35,350 bases of DNA from a virus. Numbering within the stretch: the stretch's first letter is position 1; the number at the start of each line of letters is the position of its first letter. The stretch covers positions 1 to 35,350 of the IMG/VR virus record IMGVR_UViG_3300034109_000980; one strand, given 5' to 3'. The translations under genes were made by a program, and so were the position numbers. The notes beneath the pieces are model-generated. The model was given only the letters and a program-made list of their open reading frames with translations. It was not told the DNA's origin and searched no databases. This document shows positions 15,297 to 25,028 of the stretch, one piece after another.

Positions 15297-18200
15297 CTAA
15301 TACATATTTTTAGCCCGTGTCCAGTCAGCCAAAACTTGACGACTATCACCTGTTGGGTCACTGGATACAACGGTTAAATTCTCCACATTTGGGGCGGTCG
15401 GTTTGTTGATCAGTCCCTCGATTGCAGTAAGGAGCGAGTCCAGTTTGGTATTGATTTGAGAAGTTAGGTCTACCATCGGAGTGATTGGGGATAAATCAAA
15501 TTTGATAGAAGACATATCTACCTGAATTATCTGATCGACGTTTATAGCCCCTTGAGATGCCAACTCACCTCCTCTTAGCGCCGTGTCCTGCAACGCCTTC
15601 CGGTTTGCTTCTTGCAGGGCGAATCGCTCATTATTCTGGTCAGATGCCAAAGCCTGTTGATCAATCCCTGCAATCTGATTGGATACCGTCAACTTATCAA
15701 CAGCAATCCCTAACTGTTGTTGACTTAACTGAGTCCCCTGTTTGGTCAATTCGTAAGCCTGTTGTGCGTTTTGAATCTCCCTTGGGTCGCCATTGACATT
15801 AGCTTTTTCCAGTGCAATTTTAGCCTGTAATTCGGCTTGTCGTGCCTTGTTCAAGCTAATACTCGCCTCCATAATGGCATTCTCGGCTGTGAGTTTGTTG
15901 ATCACTTTTTGCAATTGCATTTGAGCATTTTGAATCTTTTGCTGTTGCTCCAATTGCCGAGTTTTCATCTCTAAAAGTTTCTTTTCCTCTAAAGCTGATT
16001 GGTTGAACTGTTTAGTCCGCAAATCACGAATATCAGACTCGGATAAGAATGTGCTGCCAGACCCCGCGCCCGCCATTTTCCGAATTAGATCCATCAGGTA
16101 ACGAGTTCCTTTGTATTCAGCAAAATTAATGGAATTGTCCGCAGCCCGTTTCTGCAAGTCTGGCAACCGCCCCAATAAATCCTCGGCACTACGAGATCGA
16201 TCAAGCGCGGCTTGTCTTCTCTGTTCTTCACCTTTGAATAACGACTGCTGTAATTTGACCTGAGCCTCCATCACAGTTTTCTCTCGGTCTAAACTCTCAA
16301 CTATTTGCTTGCGTTTTTCTAACCCGTAGGAATATCCCATTTCCTGTTGCTGGAAAATGAGATCAATTCGAGATGATTCATCATCAAGAGCTAAAATTTT
16401 GAGGTCTTTTAATTGCTTAACCTTCTCAATTTGTTTATTAATTAAATCAAGTTTTAACTGTTCAGCTTTTATGGTTAGATCCGCCGTTCTTTCCTCTGCT
16501 TCTCGCTCGGTTAGGGCGTTCTGTTGACGGAGTTTGGCAACTTGTTTAATCTGGGTTAATGTTTCCTTGAGTTGCTTTTTAGCTTGATCTCCTTGCATTT
16601 GAGTGAGCGCGATCGCTGCTTGTTGTTCGGCTCTTTGACTTCCAATTAAATCAATTTGCCCTAACTGTTTTTGTCTAACAATTTGCTCTTGACGAATAGC
16701 ACTTAATTGGAGAATGTTTTCTTGTTTCTTGGTTGCCCGTTCAAAATCTTCAACCATCCGGCTGTACATTCTATCTCTGTCTTCGATAGTCCGTTGGTTG
16801 ATTCGTTGGTGTTGCTGTAGCTCATAGTCCTTTAATTGGAGTGTAGTTGAGGTTATATCCTGTTCAATCTGCCGAGAGCGGTCTTCATATTCCCGTTGGG
16901 TTATTTCACGCTTAGCATAATGAGATTGCAGAATAGATAAACGACGCTGTAATTCCTGCTCATAGGCTGTACTGGTCTGGAATTGAACAGCAAGTGTTTC
17001 ATCCTCTGTTTGGCGAGTGGTTTGAGTCTGGGCATCTTCACCGGATCTAGTCCGAGTATCTAATACGACTTCCCTTTGAATCTGGCTATTTTTCTGATTA
17101 ATTTGAGTTAACATTTCCCTGAGTTTTAACTGATGATCGAGTTTGGCAATTTCCCGATCCATCATGTCTAAAATAACTTGCTGTTTCTGTTGACGGACTT
17201 GTAATTCTTGTTCTGCTACCTGTTGAACAGACTTGGCAACTTCTGACTCTAATTCCCTGCGTCTATTAGCAAAATCCTCAGCAGATATTTTACCCTGTTT
17301 ATAATAGGATTGGATAGTTTCTAATTGTTTCTTGACAAACGCTTCATTCTGTCTGGCAACATTTAAGGAAATCTCACCTTTCATCAAATCAACTTGTGCA
17401 GGCGCGATGTAACCTTTTAATTGATCTCTGGCAATTTTAGTTAAATCCTTAGATTCTCCAATCTGGATTTTATTTTGAGCTTCGGCTTTGTAGTAATCAA
17501 ATCGACTCAATAACGTTTGAGATTTTTCCTTCTCTAATGCCAGTGTTGCCTCGGCTTGTTCGCGCTGTAAACCAATTAAACTTGACTCTTGTTCTCTCAA
17601 TAAAATCAAAGCCTCTAACGCCTTGCGTCGCTGTGTATCAGCTTCATCAACACCCTCTAACTCAATCTTTAACCTCTCTAAACTGTCACCGCCATAGTTC
17701 GCCGTGTACTGGGAAAACATGGGATCTTGTAATAATTCTTTTAATCCTTTAACTGCATTTTTAGAGATGTTTATTTTATTGTTCACTAATTCCAAAGCAT
17801 TCTCAGATCGTTTTAAACTTGCAGAACTCGCGGCAAAAACATCCTTGGTAAAACCTTTAAATTCTGTTTCAGCGATCGCTCGAAGATTCTTATCTGCCAA
17901 TTCAGAGGCGACACGATTGAACATTTCCATCTCAACTCTAATATTAGCCAATACCTTCATTAGCTCGGATAAAGTTGTTTGCGCTCCGGTTTGGCGTTCA
18001 ATGTCCTGAAGCTTATCTTTTAGTTTCTGAAGTTCAACTAAATCCAATCTTAATTCTTCCCGTAATTTATCAGAGCTAGTTCCCTTGATTCGTTTTTGGC
18101 GGTTCTCAATTTGGGCGTTAACTTCATTCATTCCAGAAGCTAAATCCGCCCCAAAAACATCTCTAAAAGCGCGAATTTGTGTTATCTGATCTTTGATTTG

Positions 18201-21200
18201 TTTTTGATCTCCGGGGTTGGTTGTTAGACTGGCTTTTTGTCGAAGGCTTTCTATCTGTGTGTTATAGTCTTTTAATCGTTTAACATTTTCTTGAGTTGAA
18301 CCTGAATCAATCTGATCTTTTAATCCTTTAAGCGCACCTGAAACCCTGTCCTGTTGTAACGTTTTTACCTCGCGGGAATCTTTGTTGGCTTGGTTTATTG
18401 CGTCGATTAATTTCTTATCCTGCTCTACTGTTTGACCTTTAAACGGATTTAACCAAGCGACATAAGGATTGGACTCAAGTGGATTTATTAGTCGATTAAC
18501 TTTTGCTAAAACCCCTTCCTTTTTTCTCTGACTCTTAATTTCTTCTAATGCAATATCCACTTCTGTTTTCGGTCTTTCGCTTGAATTTCTAGGAGTATTT
18601 GTTTTGTTGGATTTCTCGATTTCTTTCCACAATTCCTTTACATCATCTTTGTTTTTCTGTAAATTTTTAGACAGTGTTTCTGACCATGTTTGGCTTTGAG
18701 TTTTAGAGGCAAAGGCATCCCAAACACTCGCCAAGACTTTAAAAGCCTCGATTGTTAACCAGACAACTGCTGTGACTGTAGCGAATTTAGCTACAGAAGG
18801 GACTATGAAGTTGTTGATAGCGTATCTTAAACCCCTTACAGCTTTTGTGACGGTAAAAGATACTGCGTGGATATCCCATAACCCTTTTACTAATCTAACA
18901 ACAGAAGGTAAAAACCTGCCCAATGCCACAGCAGTAGCAGTCTGAATAATTTGTGAGAATGTTCCTGCGTGTTGAGTAACTCCTTTTATGACCCCGCTCA
19001 ATACATTCATCCCTGTGATCAGGATTCCTTGAAACTCTTTCCCAGCAGCAACCTGTATTTCTGTGATAGCGGTTTTTAATCGGGTTAAGGAAGATTGGGC
19101 GGTATTGGAAGCTCCTGCTACACCACCTGCTGTTTCTGAAGATAATTGATTGGCAAATTTAGGAAGAAAATCCGTAGCAGCAAGTTGTCCAGTCGCAATA
19201 AGTTTAAATAGTTCTTGCTCCGTAAGGTTCATGGATCTCGCTGCAATTTGGAAGGCACCCGGAATTCTTTCGGCCAACTGCCCTCTGAGTTCCTCCATGC
19301 TCACAGTGTTGTGATGCTCGTATCCCTGAGCATCTAAATAGAGATGGTCTCCACTAATAAAAAACCCGAAAAACTCCCCAACGTTTAACCTTTCAATCGT
19401 GAATTCTTCTATATTCCAATGTTCGTTAATTAATTTATAGTTTGCTTTTTCTTTAGGACTTAGCTCAATGTAATCAAATAAATTAACAGTGTTTTTAACG
19501 CCGTTCTCGTCAAAGAGTCTCATCTTGTGACTGCGGTTAACGACAAATGAGTCTCCATGTTTGGGCTTGATATTCCATAATTCTTCTGTGCCATGTGCCA
19601 ACATTAAAACTTTTCGAGGGGTTTTATCGACTCCCATCAAATAATCCCCCACTTTAATGTTTTCTACTTTTTTAGTAGAGCCATCAGCCATTCTAATTAG
19701 CGAACCTTTCCCGTGACAACCTTTCCCTGCTATTTGAGAAATTGCAAGGATAGAGCCTTCTAATTCTTCTCCCGTTAATCCAAATACCGTCCCAGCTTGC
19801 ATTAGTCCAGACATTAATTGATTTGTTATCTTCCCTTCCATCGGAGTGTTTCGGGTGCTGGCTGCTAATTTTTTATAACTTTGTAGGGCTGGCTCTATAG
19901 CTGAAGATGTGCGTTCAATTTCACTTCTTAAGAATGCGATTTGTTTTGCACCTGCTTTTGTTCCTCCTGACAAAAAGTTAATGGTGTTTTCTAATACTTG
20001 AAAGCGTTTTGTAACTTCAAAAGTCCCTGAAGCAATATTTTGAAATTGGTTTTTAAAAAAATCTAATGTATTAAAACTAACAAAAGCCCTCCTAAACTTG
20101 ACAAGTAAAGACAAGAATGGCTGATCTTTTTTATTACTAATATCCGAAAGACTTTTGATTTCGTCTATAAATCTTTTCAAAGGAGAAGATGATCTGGTTT
20201 CTTGACGATCTAATCCAGATTCAACGTTTTCTAGTTTTCCAACTGACTCCAACATTCTTGCGACAGCTTCTTGTGCTTTTTCTGCATCAGGGGGGAGATT
20301 TGCAGCAATTTCCACTAACGCTTCTGAGATAGAATCCAAACCCTCTGTAGCTCCATCAAGTCCTAATATCCCCTCAAACTCAAAAGGATCAGACCCTATG
20401 GCATTTATTTTTTCAATGTTTTCCTCTATAGAATTTAAAGCAATTAAAACAGATGGATCTATTGATCCTCCGTCTATTAGACTCTCTATGTTGCTTCTAA
20501 TTTTTATGAGAAGATCTTTAAAATCTTCACCTTCTTCTATCGCGTCCTTGAAAAAATCAGCCTCTTTTTTGTTAATATCATTCTCTATGTCTACTAAATC
20601 AAAAGGGGGTGTTTTTGATGTACTAGGATCTGGTGTAGTGGGTGTTAGCACTGCGGGTGTTTTTTGTCCTAAAAGGTTTTTAACCTTTACCCCAAAACCT
20701 TTAATAGCTTTCCCTATGTCAAAATATAAAACTTTTGCAATCTCAGGGGCATTTCTTTCTAGGAAGGGTTGGACAGCTTTACTTACTGCAATAGCCCCAG
20801 CCCCTGCGGCAAGAGTTAAAACAACGGGAACAACTATAGGACTGGCCGCAACAGATCCAGCAGCCAAGCCACCAGTTGATGCCATTGCACCCCCTTGGGT
20901 TCCAAACACGCCAACCCCCAATGCTCCAATCCCCAACAAAGCCTGTTGTCCTGACTGAACTTGCATTTTTTCGGGAATCTGTAGTTGAGGCATTGGAATT
21001 TTTAAGTCGGGTAGCTCTATGTTTTCTGCCTTCCCTAGCTTGGCTTCTTCTTTTGTGAGGTTTTCAGCAATAGAGTCCGCTCTTTCTCCATAAGCCTTCA
21101 ATGCTGATATCATCCCCTGAATATTTTGCCCTATTGATTGAGGAATGCTATACTCTTCTTTTATGTTTTCAAGTTGAGTTACAGCATCAAAAATGGCATC

Positions 21201-24200
21201 CAAAACATCATAGGATTTGACTTTTATATCAGTCAAAGCATTCGACAATTCTTTTTCACCTGAAATATCTTTTAACCCTTTTATTAAATTATTTATTTCT
21301 TTTTGCTTTTGACTAATCCCTTCTTGAGCTTTTTTATATATTTCCTTAAGTAATTTAAAACCACTTTTTTCTAGTAGCCGTTCTTTTGTTAGATCAGATT
21401 CTTTCTTTTTCCCAACAGAAGTTAACCCGCTCGATCCAGATGTATAATAAGCTTCCTGAATTGCGGTTTTTTTCGCCGTTTTTGCTAACTGAAAAGAAAT
21501 TTCTTCCGAAGTTTTACCAGTGGGTGATTCCCCGATATTTTTAAGTGTTTCTATTAACGAGTCTTTTTTAAAAAAAGTCTTTAGATCGTGAGCAATACTT
21601 TGTATCTCTTCTATATCTAATTCATAATCTTCCCCGTTATCTTTTTCTGAGAAAGGAATATCTACTAGCTCTATAATAGGTTCTATCACAGGTTCTATAA
21701 TAGGTTCTATAATAGGTTCTATCACAGGTTCTATCACAGGTTCTATAATAGGCTTTACAATAGGTTCTATAATAGGTTCACTTTGATTGACTACAGGAGG
21801 TTCTACAGACCCCTTTATAGGAGTGTCATCAACGCCCTGTTTTTTCGGTTTTTTTGATTCTATTTCCTGTTTTTTTAAAATGAGTGCATTTAATTTTTTT
21901 TGTGAGTCAACAGCAACACGCCCCTGTTCTTTTTCTACTTTTATTACTTCTTGTAAATATTTTATCCTTGCATCTATAATCGCTTCCTCTTGTTTGTTTT
22001 GTGATTCTGTAATTTGTATTGCATCAGACAAGAGGTTTAACGCTGCGTCACTTGCCTCTCTTGGATTTGCGCGAACTACACCACCTTCTTCTAATGGGGC
22101 GGACTGTATTTTCAAAACAGTAGATAAAGTACCTTGAGATTTATCTATTCTTTTTAAAAACGCACTAACAATTGCCTTGATCTTTGGGTCTTCTATTGTT
22201 TTAATAAGTTCTGACAAAGCATTTGATAATTCGGTCAGATCACTTGGGATTGAGGCTAAGTCATTAGATGCAATTTGGGCAAATTTAGACAACTTTCCTA
22301 ACTGCTCTATATCTGTCGATTCAAGATCTGTGTTTTCTAATACATTTTTTATTTTAGTCAACCTATTCGATGATGATGTAAAGTTTTCCTGAAATTGTTT
22401 CACAACACCAATTAAAGCAATAAATTCGTCTGAAAGCTGGCTCAATTCTTCATCTGAAAGAGCTTCAATTTTCGTTAAAAAATCTTGACTGGATAAGTTT
22501 ATTAGTTCGGCTACAGATTTTACTGGATTGCTCTGAAAATCAGGTATTCTCCCCCCTCGAAAGCCAGTCTGATTTTCTATTTGTATTTGCTGCCTTTTCT
22601 TTGTCATCTGATCTAAAACTTTTCGAGTCAATAACTCAGCACGAATATAAGCGTCCATCTCCTGTCTTTTGACTTTCTCTAATTCTTCAATAGACGGAGA
22701 TTTGCCCTTCTCTCTTATTTCACTATTTTGATAACTCCTAACAGAAATTGAAACTCCTCTATTTATTTTTCGTAATTGTTCTTCACTAAGATTATCTTTT
22801 GCGTCTTCAATCGTCATCAATTCTTTTGTACTAGAAGAAGAAGCCCCTTCTTTCCCAAAATTATATTGAAAAGCATGGATAAGCTCATGGACAACAATAT
22901 TCAATTTTTCTTCTGATAAACTCAGAAGTCCTTCTAGGTCTATGGAATCAAAAGCTTTTATGACTTCCTCACTAAGTCGAATAAAGTTATCATCAGGGGA
23001 ATATGCCCCGCTTCTCATGTCATTTTCTGACATCGGAATAATCTTTGGAGTTTCCGATTTTAATGGGGTTTTTAACCCTGTCTGTTGAGCTATTATTTGA
23101 ATCAGAGAAAATAAATTTCTTTGGGCTTTCGTTTCAAAAACTTGAGAGTTTCCGGTTTTTTCTTTCTCTGTTTTATTTCCTGAATTCCGAAGTTTTACAA
23201 CGTTTGCGTAGGCGTTTTGCATTGTATCACTAGCTTGTAATAGCAATAACGCCTGATCTTTAAATCTAGCTTTTAGTTGTTCTAAATGCCTTACCTGCTC
23301 TCTTATGGCGTTCTCTACAGACTCACTTGTTTCTTTGTGTCTTTTTTTCAAAAGGCTTGCCCTTCTCGCCAATTTATCAAGAGAGTCAGACAAGGATTTG
23401 TTCTCAGCAAGACTTTTAGACAACCCTGAAGTATCGTCCGGTTTTAAATTTCCCCTTTCTTCCAGGTTTTTTAATAGCTTCTCCTCAATGCCTTTGGATT
23501 TTTCCTCTATTTCTTTCAACTCTTCTTCTATTTTATCCCCTTTAAAAGCATTGAAAAGGGACTTCGCTTTCTCGGATATCTGTTCCTCGTATTTTTGGAT
23601 TTCTTTTTCTGCCTCCTGTAATATAGCAACCTCACTATTGATTTTTGTTTGCCAAGGAGAATTAGGCGACGTTTCTCTTTGTGACTGATTAAATGCCCTT
23701 GTTTTTATGGAATCTTTTTTTTCCTGTCTTGACGATCTTGCTGCGAACTGCCTCTCCCTAACTTGCTCCTCTCCAAAAAAACCCTTTCCCGCATCTCTAA
23801 TGATTTCATAAAGGTTTTTTTCTATTATTAGTAAAAAATTCTCTCCGATCCCTCTTCCTATAGAAGATCCTACTAATTCAAAATCTCCAATTATCCCTGA
23901 AAATACTTCGGTTAAAGCGTCAGAAATTCCTACACCTATATTTTTTGTCAACGGGAGCAATAAACCACCCAATCCAAATCCTATCGCTGTTTTAAGAAAT
24001 CCCCCAGGGGAATTTTTTCTAATAGCTTTTCCTAGTATCACCTCAAGTTTTGTTAGCGTACTCTCTCCTATTTCTGTTAGCAAAACTGAAGACGGGTAAC
24101 TAGAATTAGTTCCACTACCGGAAGGGGAACGATAATTAGATCCCTTAACACTTCCCCCTGTAATATTTGTATTCCCAATGTATTTGTATAACTCTCTTAC

Positions 24201-24548
24201 TGTTTTAATCTCTTCTTTCAGCATCTTAATTGCTTGAATAGAGTCGTCTATCCCACGCTTATTAACCTTAACAGCCAAAGGATTGCTATTAAAATATTGC
24301 TGAACTTCTTTGTGATGCTTTCGCTTCAGTTCAATGTGCTGATTGAGTCGGGTTAATTCCTTGTCGTCAACCTTGACTTTTAAAGGGGGAAGTCCTATTT
24401 TTGTAATTTGATTTTTAGCGTCAAAATTCAGGACAGCATTGACGGGAATTATTAACCCTTTGTTTTTGGCAATTAAATTATTAATATCGCGATTAAACTT
24501 GTCAAGACTTAACGACGCTTCAAATTCAACCGATCCAATAACTGTCAT
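15297..24548 (-). CDS. Tail tape measure protein (3083 aa) with HExxH domain, IEP repeats and a mini-intein
   Basis: N-terminal IGSVEFEASL; tape-measure motif AISQIAGKG/TVSMEELRGQLAERIPGA; long coiled-coil C-terminus; GGAG RBS. Confidence 0.9.
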   Translation of the reverse strand: MTVIGSVEFEASLSLDKFNRDINNLIAKNKGLIIPVNAVLNFDAKNQITKIGLPPLKVKVDDKELTRLNQHIELKRKHHKEVQQYFNSNPLAVKVNKRGIDDSIQAIKMLKEEIKTVRELYKYIGNTNITGGSVKGSNYRSPSGSGTNSSYPSSVLLTEIGESTLTKLEVILGKAIRKNSPGGFLKTAIGFGLGGLLLPLTKNIGVGISDALTEVFSGIIGDFELVGSSIGRGIGENFLLIIEKNLYEIIRDAGKGFFGEEQVRERQFAARSSRQEKKDSIKTRAFNQSQRETSPNSPWQTKINSEVAILQEAEKEIQKYEEQISEKAKSLFNAFKGDKIEEELKEIEEKSKGIEEKLLKNLEERGNLKPDDTSGLSKSLAENKSLSDSLDKLARRASLLKKRHKETSESVENAIREQVRHLEQLKARFKDQALLLLQASDTMQNAYANVVKLRNSGNKTEKEKTGNSQVFETKAQRNLFSLIQIIAQQTGLKTPLKSETPKIIPMSENDMRSGAYSPDDNFIRLSEEVIKAFDSIDLEGLLSLSEEKLNIVVHELIHAFQYNFGKEGASSSSTKELMTIEDAKDNLSEEQLRKINRGVSISVRSYQNSEIREKGKSPSIEELEKVKRQEMDAYIRAELLTRKVLDQMTKKRQQIQIENQTGFRGGRIPDFQSNPVKSVAELINLSSQDFLTKIEALSDEELSQLSDEFIALIGVVKQFQENFTSSSNRLTKIKNVLENTDLESTDIEQLGKLSKFAQIASNDLASIPSDLTELSNALSELIKTIEDPKIKAIVSAFLKRIDKSQGTLSTVLKIQSAPLEEGGVVRANPREASDAALNLLSDAIQITESQNKQEEAIIDARIKYLQEVIKVEKEQGRVAVDSQKKLNALILKKQEIESKKPKKQGVDDTPIKGSVEPPVVNQSEPIIEPIVKPIIEPVIEPVIEPIIEPIIEPVIEPIIELVDIPFSEKDNGEDYELDIEEIQSIAHDLKTFFKKDSLIETLKNIGESPTGKTSEEISFQLAKTAKKTAIQEAYYTSGSSGLTSVGKKKESDLTKERLLEKSGFKLLKEIYKKAQEGISQKQKEINNLIKGLKDISGEKELSNALTDIKVKSYDVLDAIFDAVTQLENIKEEYSIPQSIGQNIQGMISALKAYGERADSIAENLTKEEAKLGKAENIELPDLKIPMPQLQIPEKMQVQSGQQALLGIGALGVGVFGTQGGAMASTGGLAAGSVAASPIVVPVVLTLAAGAGAIAVSKAVQPFLERNAPEIAKVLYFDIGKAIKGFGVKVKNLLGQKTPAVLTPTTPDPSTSKTPPFDLVDIENDINKKEADFFKDAIEEGEDFKDLLIKIRSNIESLIDGGSIDPSVLIALNSIEENIEKINAIGSDPFEFEGILGLDGATEGLDSISEALVEIAANLPPDAEKAQEAVARMLESVGKLENVESGLDRQETRSSSPLKRFIDEIKSLSDISNKKDQPFLSLLVKFRRAFVSFNTLDFFKNQFQNIASGTFEVTKRFQVLENTINFLSGGTKAGAKQIAFLRSEIERTSSAIEPALQSYKKLAASTRNTPMEGKITNQLMSGLMQAGTVFGLTGEELEGSILAISQIAGKGCHGKGSLIRMADGSTKKVENIKVGDYLMGVDKTPRKVLMLAHGTEELWNIKPKHGDSFVVNRSHKMRLFDENGVKNTVNLFDYIELSPKEKANYKLINEHWNIEEFTIERLNVGEFFGFFISGDHLYLDAQGYEHHNTVSMEELRGQLAERIPGAFQIAARSMNLTEQELFKLIATGQLAATDFLPKFANQLSSETAGGVAGASNTAQSSLTRLKTAITEIQVAAGKEFQGILITGMNVLSGVIKGVTQHAGTFSQIIQTATAVALGRFLPSVVRLVKGLWDIHAVSFTVTKAVRGLRYAINNFIVPSVAKFATVTAVVWLTIEAFKVLASVWDAFASKTQSQTWSETLSKNLQKNKDDVKELWKEIEKSNKTNTPRNSSERPKTEVDIALEEIKSQRKKEGVLAKVNRLINPLESNPYVAWLNPFKGQTVEQDKKLIDAINQANKDSREVKTLQQDRVSGALKGLKDQIDSGSTQENVKRLKDYNTQIESLRQKASLTTNPGDQKQIKDQITQIRAFRDVFGADLASGMNEVNAQIENRQKRIKGTSSDKLREELRLDLVELQKLKDKLQDIERQTGAQTTLSELMKVLANIRVEMEMFNRVASELADKNLRAIAETEFKGFTKDVFAASSASLKRSENALELVNNKINISKNAVKGLKELLQDPMFSQYTANYGGDSLERLKIELEGVDEADTQRRKALEALILLREQESSLIGLQREQAEATLALEKEKSQTLLSRFDYYKAEAQNKIQIGESKDLTKIARDQLKGYIAPAQVDLMKGEISLNVARQNEAFVKKQLETIQSYYKQGKISAEDFANRRRELESEVAKSVQQVAEQELQVRQQKQQVILDMMDREIAKLDHQLKLREMLTQINQKNSQIQREVVLDTRTRSGEDAQTQTTRQTEDETLAVQFQTSTAYEQELQRRLSILQSHYAKREITQREYEDRSRQIEQDITSTTLQLKDYELQQHQRINQRTIEDRDRMYSRMVEDFERATKKQENILQLSAIRQEQIVRQKQLGQIDLIGSQRAEQQAAIALTQMQGDQAKKQLKETLTQIKQVAKLRQQNALTEREAEERTADLTIKAEQLKLDLINKQIEKVKQLKDLKILALDDESSRIDLIFQQQEMGYSYGLEKRKQIVESLDREKTVMEAQVKLQQSLFKGEEQRRQAALDRSRSAEDLLGRLPDLQKRAADNSINFAEYKGTRYLMDLIRKMAGAGSGSTFLSESDIRDLRTKQFNQSALEEKKLLEMKTRQLEQQQKIQNAQMQLQKVINKLTAENAIMEASISLNKARQAELQAKIALEKANVNGDPREIQNAQQAYELTKQGTQLSQQQLGIAVDKLTVSNQIAGIDQQALASDQNNERFALQEANRKALQDTALRGGELASQGAINVDQIIQVDMSSIKFDLSPITPMVDLTSQINTKLDSLLTAIEGLINKPTAPNVENLTVVSSDPTGDSRQVLADWTRAKNMY
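19308..19718 (-). mobile_element. Mini-intein (137 aa HINT domain, VMA/HO-like) at TMP residues 1611-1747
   Basis: C1-HGKGSLIRMADGSTKKVENIKVGDYLMG; block B FVVNRSH; terminal HHN with +1 Thr; removal restores GKG-TVSMEELR. Confidence 0.92.
21670..21779 (-). repeat. 12-bp coding tandem repeat (about 9 units) encoding (I/V)IEP
   Basis: ggttctat(aata/caca) units; EPIIEPIVKPIIEPVIEPVIEPIIEPIIEPVIEPIIE. Confidence 0.9.
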
Positions 24549-24560
24549 CTTAAATAACTC

Positions 24561-25028
24561 CTAATAATAATATGAATTTTGACCGTCAACAATGTCAAAG
24601 TTTAATTCTTTAGACTTGTTACCAGTATAACCAAACCAGATCATCGTCTCTAACCTGTAAGGATCTGGATTATAGCTATAAAGTACAACACTAACATCAT
24701 AACGCCCTGCGGGTAGGTTTTTAATGGAGTACGTTAGGTTTTTAATGTTTGTTTCAGCACTAAAACATTCTTTTTCGGCAATAAGTTTAGTTTTATATGT
24801 CACGAGCCAAACATACTCAGCGTTTTCAGTTCGTTCCCTTAATTTGACATCTTTAGGGCAAAACCAAACATAAAGAAAAGCCCGATCTCTTTCTATGTAG
24901 GGCTTCCATGTTGTATCAGGTTCTTTTAAAGAAATACTACCAGAGACGTTGATAGGAGAAGTGTTGCAGCTTGATAGAGTAACTAAGCAAGCAATGAATA
25001 AAGCCTTTTTAATGAATTTGATTAACAT
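24561..25028 (-). CDS. Predicted lipoprotein
   Basis: MLIKFIKK, hydrophobic stretch, lipobox LSSC; GAGGTG upstream. Confidence 0.7.
   Translation of the reverse strand: MLIKFIKKALFIACLVTLSSCNTSPINVSGSISLKEPDTTWKPYIERDRAFLYVWFCPKDVKLRERTENAEYVWLVTYKTKLIAEKECFSAETNIKNLTYSIKNLPAGRYDVSVVLYSYNPDPYRLETMIWFGYTGNKSKELNFDIVDGQNSYYY

Noticed and set aside
14727-15377. Plus-strand ORFs 14727..14933 and 15165..15377
   Set aside because: They run antisense across cassette hairpins, promoters and cargo genes.
19704-19727. Target-site duplication at the intein start (GKG-CH-GKG, 9 nt)
   Set aside because: CxxKG is the normal block A of this intein class and both copies are at the same end, so it is probably coincidental.
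21670-21779. CRISPR array
   Set aside because: Contiguous 12-bp in-frame coding repeats without spacers.
15557-23688. Plus-strand ORFs inside the TMP gene (for example 20398..20958, 23305..23688)
   Set aside because: Antisense shadow ORFs with S/F/L-rich composition and no RBS or motifs.
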